Part shown: positions 55,371 through 64,000 of the stretch, piece by piece | How the letters are laid out: every line of letters starts with the position of its first letter | How positions within the stretch are numbered: the first letter of the stretch is position 1 | Source of the DNA: Aulosira sp. ZfuVER01 | GTDB taxonomy: Bacteria; Cyanobacteriota; Cyanobacteriia; Cyanobacteriales; Nostocaceae | Direction: 5' to 3' | Assembly (NCBI GenBank): GCA_034530615.2 | Contig: JAVRCV020000012.1 | Location: 1 to 64,000, forward strand | Length of the DNA stretch: 64,000 nucleotides | Notes under the pieces: model-generated | Databases searched by the model: none | What the model saw: the letters and a program-made list of their open reading frames with translations, nothing else | Told to the model about the DNA's origin: nothing | Translations under genes and position numbers: made by a program

Positions 55371-56654
55371 ATGAAACAAGTTGTTATTGTTGCTCCCCAA
55401 TTCCCCCCCTGTAACTTAACCGCAGGACATCGCTGCCGTTATTTTGCTACACATTTGCCTAAATTTGGCTGGCAGGTCAAGGTGCTAACAGTTGAGCCTA
55501 GTTATTATGAAGAGAAATTAGATTACGAATTAGAAGCATTACTGCAACCTGATTTAGAGATTATTCGCACTAAAGCATTATCTACTCGTCCACTACGCCT
55601 AGTGGGAGACATTGGTATTAGGACATTTTGGTGGCATTATCAAGCTCTCTGCCAACTTGCTAAACAACAGAAACCTGATTTAATTTATATTCCGATTCCA
55701 TCGAATTATTCAGCATTGCTAGGTATTTTGTTGTACCGTCAATTTGGTATACCTTATGCGATTGATTATATTGATCCTTGGGTAAATACTTGGCCTGGTT
55801 GTGAAGTTGTATTTAGCAAAGCCTGGTTTGCATATAACTTGAGTAAGTTTTTAGAACCGATCGCCTTGCAAAGTGTTAGTTTAATTACAGCTGTTGCTCC
55901 TGGTTACTATGAAGGAGCGTTGAAACGTTACCCTTGGCTCGATTCAGTAGAGTGTGTTGCTATGCCTTATGGTGTAGAAGCGACAGAGTTTGAATACCTT
56001 GATCACCATCCACGTCCTCCCTATTTATTTGCCCCAGATGACGGTAATTTTCATATTATTTATGCTGGGGCAATGTTACCGAAAGCTTACTCAACTTTGG
56101 AAGCATTATTTCAAGCCCTTTGTCTATTAAAAAAATCACAACCAGAATTAGCACAAAAGCTCAAATTTCATTTCGTCGGTACTGGAAAAGATCCTAGTGA
56201 TTCCGAAGGATTTAATATTAAACCTTGGGCAGAAAAATATCAACTATTGGATATGGTAACAGAATATCCTGCTCGAATTCCTTATCTAGACGTACTTAAT
56301 CATTTAAAGAATGCTCATGCAGTTTTAATTGTTGGCTCTCCTGAGCGCCATTATACGCCCTCAAAAATTTTTCAAGCTGTTTTATCCTATCGACCAGTTA
56401 TTGCACTTTTACATAAAGACAGCACAGCGGTTAGTATTCTCAAACAAGTTAATACAGGTACGGTGGTAGGGTTTGATGAACAAAGAACCGTTGATTTATG
56501 CGTTGAAGAAATTGCCCAAGCTCTAGAAAGAGTAATAAAACTTACCTATTCAACTAAAGACATCAATTGGGATGCTTTCTATGCATACTCTACTGAAGCA
56601 ATGGCAGAAAAATTAGCTCATGCTTTTAATTTAGTGATTGATCACAAGCAATAG
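55371..56654 (+). CDS. GT4-like glycosyltransferase
   Basis: PQFPP, DYIDPW, YAGA, PSKIFQAV. Confidence 0.82.
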   Translation: MKQVVIVAPQFPPCNLTAGHRCRYFATHLPKFGWQVKVLTVEPSYYEEKLDYELEALLQPDLEIIRTKALSTRPLRLVGDIGIRTFWWHYQALCQLAKQQKPDLIYIPIPSNYSALLGILLYRQFGIPYAIDYIDPWVNTWPGCEVVFSKAWFAYNLSKFLEPIALQSVSLITAVAPGYYEGALKRYPWLDSVECVAMPYGVEATEFEYLDHHPRPPYLFAPDDGNFHIIYAGAMLPKAYSTLEALFQALCLLKKSQPELAQKLKFHFVGTGKDPSDSEGFNIKPWAEKYQLLDMVTEYPARIPYLDVLNHLKNAHAVLIVGSPERHYTPSKIFQAVLSYRPVIALLHKDSTAVSILKQVNTGTVVGFDEQRTVDLCVEEIAQALERVIKLTYSTKDINWDAFYAYSTEAMAEKLAHAFNLVIDHKQ

Positions 56655-56823
56655 TCTAGTTTAATTTTGTTGACAAATTTCTCAATCATATTAATTTATT
56701 GAAGAAATCTTATATATTAAGACTCACTATTGTAACCCAGGTTAATATCTATGCCAAAAATTCATATCAAGGTTAAAATGGAGACTTGTACAAGCTTGAT
56801 CCTAATAACAATTTTCTATAGTT

Positions 56824-58293
56824 ATGACATCTGGATTTAACTTTGAGTCCCCTATAGGATTTAGCAAATATCAGAAGCGTTGGTTTGTCAAAGGTTTTTG
56901 GCTCGTTCTGATGTTAATAGTAGTAAAAATCATCACTGCTGATGCACTTTTTCTCAGTAAGATTAGTGCCTTATTAATTGCGGTAATGGCACTATTACCA
57001 GCCTATCTATGGTGTGCTGATCGTGCAAAAGGATTGCCTCTATTTCCCATAATGACACTAACATACTTGGGTTCACATGCTTTTCCCCTGATTTCAAAAA
57101 ATCCAAATGTCCTTAAGTATTCTGAAGCATTACGTTTTGATGCAGCACAAGTAGTTGCCATTTTTTTGGGAGTAGGAACAATAACTTGGCTTGCTTTCGT
57201 CAAACGTGAACCTCAAAGTATATCTAAAATTAAAGTATTTAAACCAAACCAAATAACCCCTTTCTTTCTAAACATAATATTTTTATCTATTACATTTGAT
57301 TTTTTACAGAATACAGGATATTTATGGTCAATAATACCTGGCTCGATCTACTTAATATTGAAAACTGCAATGCCATCTCTCACTAGTCTGGGATTAATGA
57401 TATTGGGTTATCAACTAGGAGCTAATCGCTTAAGTCGTGGAGAGTCCAGAATATTTATTTTACTAGTAATAGTTTTGATTTTTCAATCAGGAATTGCTCT
57501 TTACCTGAATGGCTCAGGGATATACGTAGTCTTAACGAGTTTAGGTTGGATGTTTGGCAGTGGAAAATTTCCCTGGCGATTATTATTGATAACTTTCCTA
57601 ATTATCTCGTTCCTGAATTTAGGTAAAGGACAAACTCGCGCTACTTACTGGCATAAAGGATTAATGCAACCTTCACAATATACGGCTGTATATATCACCT
57701 GGATTAATAATTCCTGGCAGCAGCTAAATCCTCCTAAAGAAAGTCTAGGTAGGCATAAGTCAAAACCAGAAAGTCTAGATGAGCGTTCAAGTCTTATACA
57801 TATGCTGATGAAAGCCATTTCTGAGACGGGAACTTTAAGAGAATATATGCAGGGAAAAACTTATTCACTTATCCCTCAATTAGTCATGCCTAGAATCTTT
57901 AACCCAAATAAGGTTCGTGGTAGTGAAGCTACCAATATGTTAAGCATTTATTATGGTTTGCAAACATATAAAGATACGCTTACAACTGAAATTTCTTGGG
58001 GTTTATTGCAGGAAGCTTATGCTAATTTTGGCAGGTTAGGTTGCGCTGGCTTAGGAATTTTCTTAGGTGGTTTATATGGATGGATTACTCGTTTGACTAT
58101 AAATGTTCCTATTACATCGTATCGATTTTTGCTATCGCTAATTTTGATCATGCTGTCAATTAAGAACGAATTGACTGTGGGGTCATTTTTGAGTGTTTTA
58201 AGTCAAGGTGCTATGCTTTTATTGCCCATCCGAAATTTATTGATGAAAACTATTACATATTATCCCTTTCAACGCTATAGCAATGCTAAATGA
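56824..58293 (+). CDS. Polytopic membrane protein, putative Wzy-like polysaccharide polymerase
   Basis: About 11 TM segments, large loop with PRIFNPNK and EAYANFG motifs; sits among glycosyltransferases. Confidence 0.6.
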   Translation: MTSGFNFESPIGFSKYQKRWFVKGFWLVLMLIVVKIITADALFLSKISALLIAVMALLPAYLWCADRAKGLPLFPIMTLTYLGSHAFPLISKNPNVLKYSEALRFDAAQVVAIFLGVGTITWLAFVKREPQSISKIKVFKPNQITPFFLNIIFLSITFDFLQNTGYLWSIIPGSIYLILKTAMPSLTSLGLMILGYQLGANRLSRGESRIFILLVIVLIFQSGIALYLNGSGIYVVLTSLGWMFGSGKFPWRLLLITFLIISFLNLGKGQTRATYWHKGLMQPSQYTAVYITWINNSWQQLNPPKESLGRHKSKPESLDERSSLIHMLMKAISETGTLREYMQGKTYSLIPQLVMPRIFNPNKVRGSEATNMLSIYYGLQTYKDTLTTEISWGLLQEAYANFGRLGCAGLGIFLGGLYGWITRLTINVPITSYRFLLSLILIMLSIKNELTVGSFLSVLSQGAMLLLPIRNLLMKTITYYPFQRYSNAK

Positions 58294-58411
58294 TCTATCA
58301 ACTTTTGTTGAGGCGAGAAATAAAGCCAATTGCGTAAGTCTTGATAGAATTAAATTTATCTATTTTTAATATATCCACAATTGAGCGAAAAAAATACAAA
58401 TTATAAACTTA

Positions 58412-59494
58412 ATGATTCAAAAGCGCATTAATTCATTTGATGGTCTCAGAGCAATAGCTATTTTCTTGGTTTTGCTAGACCATGCAAAAAATACTATTCA
58501 GTCTAAGAGCGATATTTGGAATTTAGCATCAATATTTATAGCCAATTCCAGCTTGGGAGTTAGGCTATTTTTTGTTTTAAGTGGTTATTTGATTACCATA
58601 ATCTTGTTAAAGGAGACTAATGAAAGTGGTTCTATTGATTTGAAGAGATTCTATGTACGGCGCGCAATAAGGTTATTTCCCAGTCTTTACTGTTTTATAC
58701 TGGTAGTTTTCATTCTTAACTTAACTGTTAATTTGAATATCACTTTAGAACAATTCATAGCAGCAGCAACTTTTACATGGAACTATTTAGGCCCTTTTCA
58801 CAATGGTTTGTTTACAGGAAATTGGTTTTTTGGTCATTTATGGACTCTTTCACTAGAAGAACAGTTTTACTTACTCTGGCCTCTATTATTATTATTAGGT
58901 ATTAATAAATCTCGAAAGTTATCACTTGTGCTAATTTTATCAATGCCTATTATACGCGTAGCCAGCTATTTTTTATTTCCTTCAATTAAAGGATATTTAA
59001 ATATGATGCTACATACCTCAATAGATAGTATTATGGTGGGCTGTTTGATGGCTATTCTTACTCAATTTTCTTCCTCAAACCAGCGTATATATAAATTGAA
59101 GGGATTTTCTATAGTAATATTACTTATTTGGCCATTATTCATTACTCCAATTTTAGATCACTTGATTAGAGGTTACTTAATCTCTATAGGTCTAACCATT
59201 GATGCCATAATCTTAGGAATACTGATTGCTTGGCTCCACGCTAATCCGCTTTCGTATGCAAATAGACTACTGAGTATACCATTTCTTGTTTACGTAGGCA
59301 AAATTTCTTATAGCTTATATATATGGCAGCAATTATTTTTAACTAATGAGAATGCTACTATTTCCGGAATTTTTCCCTATAATCTTGGGTTTAGTTTTCT
59401 GGCTGGAATGGCTTCTTATTACTTGATTGAAAAACCCTGTCTTAAATTCAAAGATAGTAATAAAATATCGGGATTATTAGGATTGCATAAATAA
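58412..59494 (+). CDS. Acyltransferase-3 (OafA-like O-acyltransferase)
   Basis: DGLRAIA, FFVLSGYLI, RRAIRLFP, HLWTLSLEEQFY, ISYSLYIWQ, IEKP. Confidence 0.92.
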   Translation: MIQKRINSFDGLRAIAIFLVLLDHAKNTIQSKSDIWNLASIFIANSSLGVRLFFVLSGYLITIILLKETNESGSIDLKRFYVRRAIRLFPSLYCFILVVFILNLTVNLNITLEQFIAAATFTWNYLGPFHNGLFTGNWFFGHLWTLSLEEQFYLLWPLLLLLGINKSRKLSLVLILSMPIIRVASYFLFPSIKGYLNMMLHTSIDSIMVGCLMAILTQFSSSNQRIYKLKGFSIVILLIWPLFITPILDHLIRGYLISIGLTIDAIILGILIAWLHANPLSYANRLLSIPFLVYVGKISYSLYIWQQLFLTNENATISGIFPYNLGFSFLAGMASYYLIEKPCLKFKDSNKISGLLGLHK

Positions 59495-59525
59495 AATATT
59501 TAATTATTTTAGGATATATTATGAT

Positions 59526-60695
59526 ATGGAAAAATTAGCAATTATATCAACTCATCCTATTCAATACTACGCGCCTTGGTTTCGTCATATTGCTAATACT
59601 TACTATCTTAGGATTAAAGTATTTTATTTATGGGACTTTGGTATCAAAGCTACAATAGATATGGGATTCCAGCAGACAATCAAGTGGGATATTCCACTTT
59701 TAGATGGGTATAACTATGAGTTTGTACCCAACTTGAGCAACGATCCTGGCGTTCACACTTTTTGGGGTCTGCAAAATCCATCCCTAGCCTCGCGAGTCAA
59801 GGAATATAATCCTGATGCAGTGTTATTAATGTGCTATAATTATGCTAGTATTTATCGTTTTTTGTGGTATTGGAATTACCATCAAATACCGTTATTATTT
59901 CGTGGTGATTCTCACAGATTAGTACTACCTACTGGTACGAAAGAATGGGCAAGACGGCAGTTTATTATGCAGATTTATCGACGTTTTGCTGCTTGTCTAT
60001 ATGTGGGTAAAGCGAACTATGATTACTTCCGTTATCATGGGGTTTTAGAAAAAAATTTGTTTTTTTCTCCTCATGCTGTAGATAATGAACGTTTTTTTCA
60101 GCAAACTGAAACCGCAACCCACAAAGCAGTGCTTTGGAAGCAAGAATTGGGTATTCCATCACATCATGCAGTAATTTTATTCGCTGGCAAATTTGAACCC
60201 CAAAAATGCCCTATGGATTTATTGTTAGCTTTTTTGGAGGCAAATATATCTGATGTATCGCTGTTATTTGTGGGCGCTGGTTCCCTAGAAAAAAACCTGA
60301 AACACATAGCAAAAGGACACTCTAATATATATTTTGCCCCTTTTCAAAATCAAACATTAATGCCGCGCACATATGCATCTGCTGATCTACTTGTACTACC
60401 TAGCTATTCAGAAACTTGGGGTCTTGCTGTTAACGAAGCAATGTGCTTAGGGCTTCCAATTATTGTCAGTAACTATGTAGGTTGTGCCCAAAATCTAATA
60501 CATCAGCATCGCAATGGACTAATTTTTCCGGCAGGTAATGTATCTGCCTTAGCAAATAGCCTGAAAGAAGCATTCTCTGATCGCCAACGCTTGCAACATT
60601 GGGGAGAAGAAAGCATTAAAATCGTATCTGATTATAATTATACTCAGGCTACGCTGGGATTAAAACAGGCGCTGCAATATACACAATTACTGTGA
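59526..60695 (+). CDS. GT4 glycosyltransferase
   Basis: HPIQY, FAGKF..QK, ETWGLAVNEAM. Confidence 0.92.
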   Translation: MEKLAIISTHPIQYYAPWFRHIANTYYLRIKVFYLWDFGIKATIDMGFQQTIKWDIPLLDGYNYEFVPNLSNDPGVHTFWGLQNPSLASRVKEYNPDAVLLMCYNYASIYRFLWYWNYHQIPLLFRGDSHRLVLPTGTKEWARRQFIMQIYRRFAACLYVGKANYDYFRYHGVLEKNLFFSPHAVDNERFFQQTETATHKAVLWKQELGIPSHHAVILFAGKFEPQKCPMDLLLAFLEANISDVSLLFVGAGSLEKNLKHIAKGHSNIYFAPFQNQTLMPRTYASADLLVLPSYSETWGLAVNEAMCLGLPIIVSNYVGCAQNLIHQHRNGLIFPAGNVSALANSLKEAFSDRQRLQHWGEESIKIVSDYNYTQATLGLKQALQYTQLL

Positions 60696-60779
60696 TCTAA
60701 TACTTAAAATTGACATACATACTAATATTTATCGCTGACTTAATAATCAAACAATTAAATCTTAATTAATTCGTAATAA

Positions 60780-61949
60780 GTGATTCAACAACATTCTAAG
60801 AAACATCAATACCAATTTCATCTCTGGTTTCCTGAGCTATTCAACTCTACAGGAGGCATTCAACGTTATTCTTCTTTTTGTTTCCAGGCATTTCAAAACC
60901 TCTACCCCAATTTTACCTACGATGTATTAATTAAGCACGATACAGATATACCATCCAAATCCTCTAATTTGTGCTTTCATACAACTGGCAATTGGCCTTT
61001 ATCAATACGCACTCCAGCCTTTGCTGCTCAACTCCTTAGTCTTGGTGTTTGGCAACATCCAAACCTGGTCTTTACTACTCATCCCAACTTTAGTATTGTG
61101 GCTGATCAACTGAAAAAGTTAACTGGTCTTCCTTACTGGACTGTTGCCCACGGGATAGATGCTTGGAATATCACAAATCATAGACTAAAAACAGCCTTAC
61201 ACAATGCAGATCGCATCTTAGCTGTTAGCCACTATACACGCGATCGCCTGCTTCGAGAACAAAACCTTGACCCTGATAAAGTTGTGGTTCTCCCTAATAC
61301 TTTTGATGCTGAGAATTTTCAGATTGCACCTAAGCCTAATTACTTGCTCAAACGCTATAGCTTGAATCCACAGCAACCAATTATCCTGACAGTGGCTCGG
61401 CTTTCCCAATCAGAACAATACAAAGGCTACGATAAAATTTTGGCTGCTTTATCGCAAATTCGTCAGACTATTCCTCATGTGCATTACGTTTTGGTAGGTA
61501 AGGGAGACGATGAACCTCGAATTAAACAGCTAATTTCTCAATATCAACTCCAAGATTGCGTTACCTTAACTGGGTTTGTTCCTGATGAAGAACTTAGTTC
61601 TTATTACCATATGTGCGATGTATTTGCAATGCCAAGCAAAAGTGAAGGATTTGGTATTGTTTACCTAGAGGCTTTAGCTTGTGGTAAACCAACTCTTGCA
61701 GGTAATCAAGATGGGGCACAGGATGCTCTTTGTCAGGGAGAATTAGGCGTACTTGTTGATCCAGATGATATAGAAGCGATCGCTCAAGCCATTATTCAAA
61801 TATTACAAGGTACTCATAGTAATTCCATTCTCTATCAACCAGAAGTATTACGACAAAAAGTAATTGAGCGATTTGGCTTTGAGAGCTTTCAACAAACTCT
61901 TGGCAATTATTTAGAAAAATACTTAGGCTTATCTAAATGTGTGGTATAG
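60780..61949 (+). CDS. GT4 glycosyltransferase
   Basis: GGIQRY, TVARL...YKG, EGFGIVYLEALACGKP. Confidence 0.92.
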   Translation: MIQQHSKKHQYQFHLWFPELFNSTGGIQRYSSFCFQAFQNLYPNFTYDVLIKHDTDIPSKSSNLCFHTTGNWPLSIRTPAFAAQLLSLGVWQHPNLVFTTHPNFSIVADQLKKLTGLPYWTVAHGIDAWNITNHRLKTALHNADRILAVSHYTRDRLLREQNLDPDKVVVLPNTFDAENFQIAPKPNYLLKRYSLNPQQPIILTVARLSQSEQYKGYDKILAALSQIRQTIPHVHYVLVGKGDDEPRIKQLISQYQLQDCVTLTGFVPDEELSSYYHMCDVFAMPSKSEGFGIVYLEALACGKPTLAGNQDGAQDALCQGELGVLVDPDDIEAIAQAIIQILQGTHSNSILYQPEVLRQKVIERFGFESFQQTLGNYLEKYLGLSKCVV

Positions 61950-63748
61950 CAGGCATTCTCACAACAGATTCTCACCAACAGCATCTGGAGCAAACTATTC
62001 AGCAGATGCAAAAGTCTTTATACCATCGTGGCCCAGATGACCGGGGAATTTACATAGCCAACGAACATCAAGCTGCTCTTGCCCACACTCGTTTGTCTAT
62101 CTTAGATCTCAGCCCGGCGGGACATCAACCGATGTCTACAGCCGATGGACGCTATTGGATCGTCTTTAATGGAGAAATTTACAACTTTCAAGATTTGCGA
62201 TCGCAACTAGAATCACAAGGTGAGCATTTTTTATCCCGCACTGATACCGAAGTTATTCTCAAGCTATATCAGCGCTTCGGAAAAGATTGCGTTAACCAGT
62301 TGCAGGGAATGTTTGCTTTTGCTATTTGGGATAATCAAGACAAGACTTGTTTTATCGCTCGCGATCCTTTAGGAATTAAACCTCTTTATTACTGGCAATC
62401 TGGTGGTAATTTAGTATTTGCTTCAGAAATTAGGGCAATACTTGCTTCTGGATTACCGAATCTTTGCTTGAGTCCTCAAGGCTTATATGGCTATTTTACT
62501 AGCGGTACAGTACCAGAACCATACACCTTAATTGATGGTATTTATTGTTTAGAAGCTGGTCATTGGTTGCATTGGTATGCTGGCAGAGTTAGCCAACACC
62601 AGTACTGGCAAATTAATTTTACCAGTGATAGTAGCATATCTTTATCAGAAGCCACAAAAAAAGTCCGTCAGGCTTTGATTGACTCTATCGAACATCACTT
62701 TATTAGTGATGTACCTGTTGGTATCTTTCTCAGTGGAGGAATTGACTCAAGTTCTATTGTTGCCCTAGCACGTCAAACACAAAAAAATAAATTACGTACT
62801 TACTCGATTGCTTTTGCAGAAAATAAATGGAATGAAGGAGATATTGCTCGCAAGATAGCCCAAAACTTTGAGACTGAACATACAGAATATCTCATTACAT
62901 CTGCCATCGGCAAAGAATTATTTCCCCAATTTTTAAAAAAAATTGATCAACCAAGTATTGATGGTTTTAATACTTTTTGTGTATCTCAAATCGCTCACCA
63001 AGACAGCACTAAAGTAGTCCTATCAGGATTAGGAGGAGATGAACTATTTGGTGGTTATAAAACTTTCCAAAAAGTTCCGCAAATGGTTCGCTGGGGGCAG
63101 CAACTCCAAAAAATTCAACCGATTACTACTGCTATAGGCTGGGGATTAGCATCTTGGGGACAATCACCACAGTTAAAGCGTATAGGAGATTTTTTCCAGC
63201 AAAAGCCGACAACAGCAGCAGCTTACCGCAGTTTTAGGGGTATATTTTCTCATCAAGAAGCTGGGAATTTAACTCAGTATTATCTAAAAGATTCTTCTCC
63301 AGCAATTAAAGATAGGAATATTTTTCAAAATAGTAACCCACCTCCAAATTTTCCTTCTTTAGAAGATGAAGTAAGTTTCTTAGAATTGAATTTTTATATG
63401 CGTAATCAATTATTACGCGATAGTGATGTAATGAGTATGGCTTGGGGATTGGAATTACGAGTACCTTTAGTTGATCGGGGGTTGTTAGAAGCCATATCAT
63501 CTATTCCTTATAATCTAAGATTGGCAGCAGGTAAACAGCTATTAATTCAAGCAATTCCTGAATTACCAAGTTGGCTATTGAACCGTCCCAAGAGGGGATT
63601 TTTCTTCCCATTTCAGCAATGGATAGAAAAAGATTGGCATGATTATTTTCCACCTCATGAATTAAATCAAAAAATTGACTTAAAACTATGGTATCGTCAA
63701 TGGAACTTGGCAATTTTTCAGTATTGGTTTAATCAAACTTTCAACTAA
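61937..63748 (+). CDS. asnB: AsnB-like glutamine-hydrolysing amidotransferase (probably glycan amidation)
   Basis: MCGIAG Ntn start, HRGPD, FNGEIYN, LSGGIDSS, SGLGGDELFGGY, ELRVP. Confidence 0.9.
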   Translation: MCGIAGILTTDSHQQHLEQTIQQMQKSLYHRGPDDRGIYIANEHQAALAHTRLSILDLSPAGHQPMSTADGRYWIVFNGEIYNFQDLRSQLESQGEHFLSRTDTEVILKLYQRFGKDCVNQLQGMFAFAIWDNQDKTCFIARDPLGIKPLYYWQSGGNLVFASEIRAILASGLPNLCLSPQGLYGYFTSGTVPEPYTLIDGIYCLEAGHWLHWYAGRVSQHQYWQINFTSDSSISLSEATKKVRQALIDSIEHHFISDVPVGIFLSGGIDSSSIVALARQTQKNKLRTYSIAFAENKWNEGDIARKIAQNFETEHTEYLITSAIGKELFPQFLKKIDQPSIDGFNTFCVSQIAHQDSTKVVLSGLGGDELFGGYKTFQKVPQMVRWGQQLQKIQPITTAIGWGLASWGQSPQLKRIGDFFQQKPTTAAAYRSFRGIFSHQEAGNLTQYYLKDSSPAIKDRNIFQNSNPPPNFPSLEDEVSFLELNFYMRNQLLRDSDVMSMAWGLELRVPLVDRGLLEAISSIPYNLRLAAGKQLLIQAIPELPSWLLNRPKRGFFFPFQQWIEKDWHDYFPPHELNQKIDLKLWYRQWNLAIFQYWFNQTFN

Positions 63749-64000
63749 AAATCAATTGATCTAAATAATCACAGCAATGCTAGCAATGAATGGGAGCGTG
63801 AGAATGTGGGAAATCTCACGTTGGGTAAACATTGATGGCAGTTATTAAACTGTGTATAGATTTTATCTAACTCATCTGTAACTACGTACAGAGTATTAAT
63901 TAGTAGTGACTAAAGCAAGTGAGCTAGATAGGTTTTTCAAGTTTTTATAAAAACTCATATTACCATTCCAGTAAATGAAAGATACAAATAATTTTCATCT

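Larger units (their letters stand above)
13694..64000. mobile_element. Putative hupS-interrupting excision element (XisF-like serine recombinase); right end beyond the window
   Basis: Split hupS with a recombinase 33 bp from the junction; the 5' hupS fragment was not found by eye on either strand up to 64000; extent inferred. Confidence 0.6.

Noticed and set aside
16191..63748. Cluster as the heterocyst envelope polysaccharide (HEP) island
   Set aside because: No HepA-type ABC exporter recognised; cannot be supported without a homology search
61937..63748. AsnB-like gene as a lasso peptide cyclase
   Set aside because: Intact N-terminal Cys glutaminase domain, no B protein or precursor, and a glycan-cluster context

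Overview
Genomic window from a heterocyst-forming (Nostocales-like) cyanobacterium, judged from frequent HIP1 GCGATCGC octamers, STRR/SDR repeats, hupL/hupW/mop and an XisF-like recombinase. Left part (1-13.7 kb): start of a double-glycine-leader peptide gene, a NarL-type regulator convergent with a sensor-less, repeat-containing HisKA_3 kinase, an NtcA-promoter hupW locus, SagB-like nitroreductase, ankyrin and CBS-CP12 genes, mop, toxin-antitoxin debris, and the uptake hydrogenase genes. hupL is intact. hupS is cut off just upstream of the codon for Met17 (13693), and an XisF-like large serine recombinase starts 33 bp further on. The missing 5' end of hupS was not found in the remaining ~50 kb, which is almost entirely a surface-polysaccharide cluster: Wzc, Wzm/Wzt, a Wzy-like protein, about 14 glycosyltransferases, methyl- and acyltransferases, an AsnB-like amidotransferase, and an amino-sugar plus ArnC/E/F/T-like module inserted between wzm and wzt. 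The best reading, which is an inference, is a >50 kb developmentally excised hupS element carrying a whole glycan biosynthesis island. The cluster also holds a complete ISAs1 element with a 10-bp target duplication, a methyltransferase gene bracketed by ~184-bp direct repeats, and homopolymer-frameshifted genes. Family assignments come from motif recognition, not database searches.
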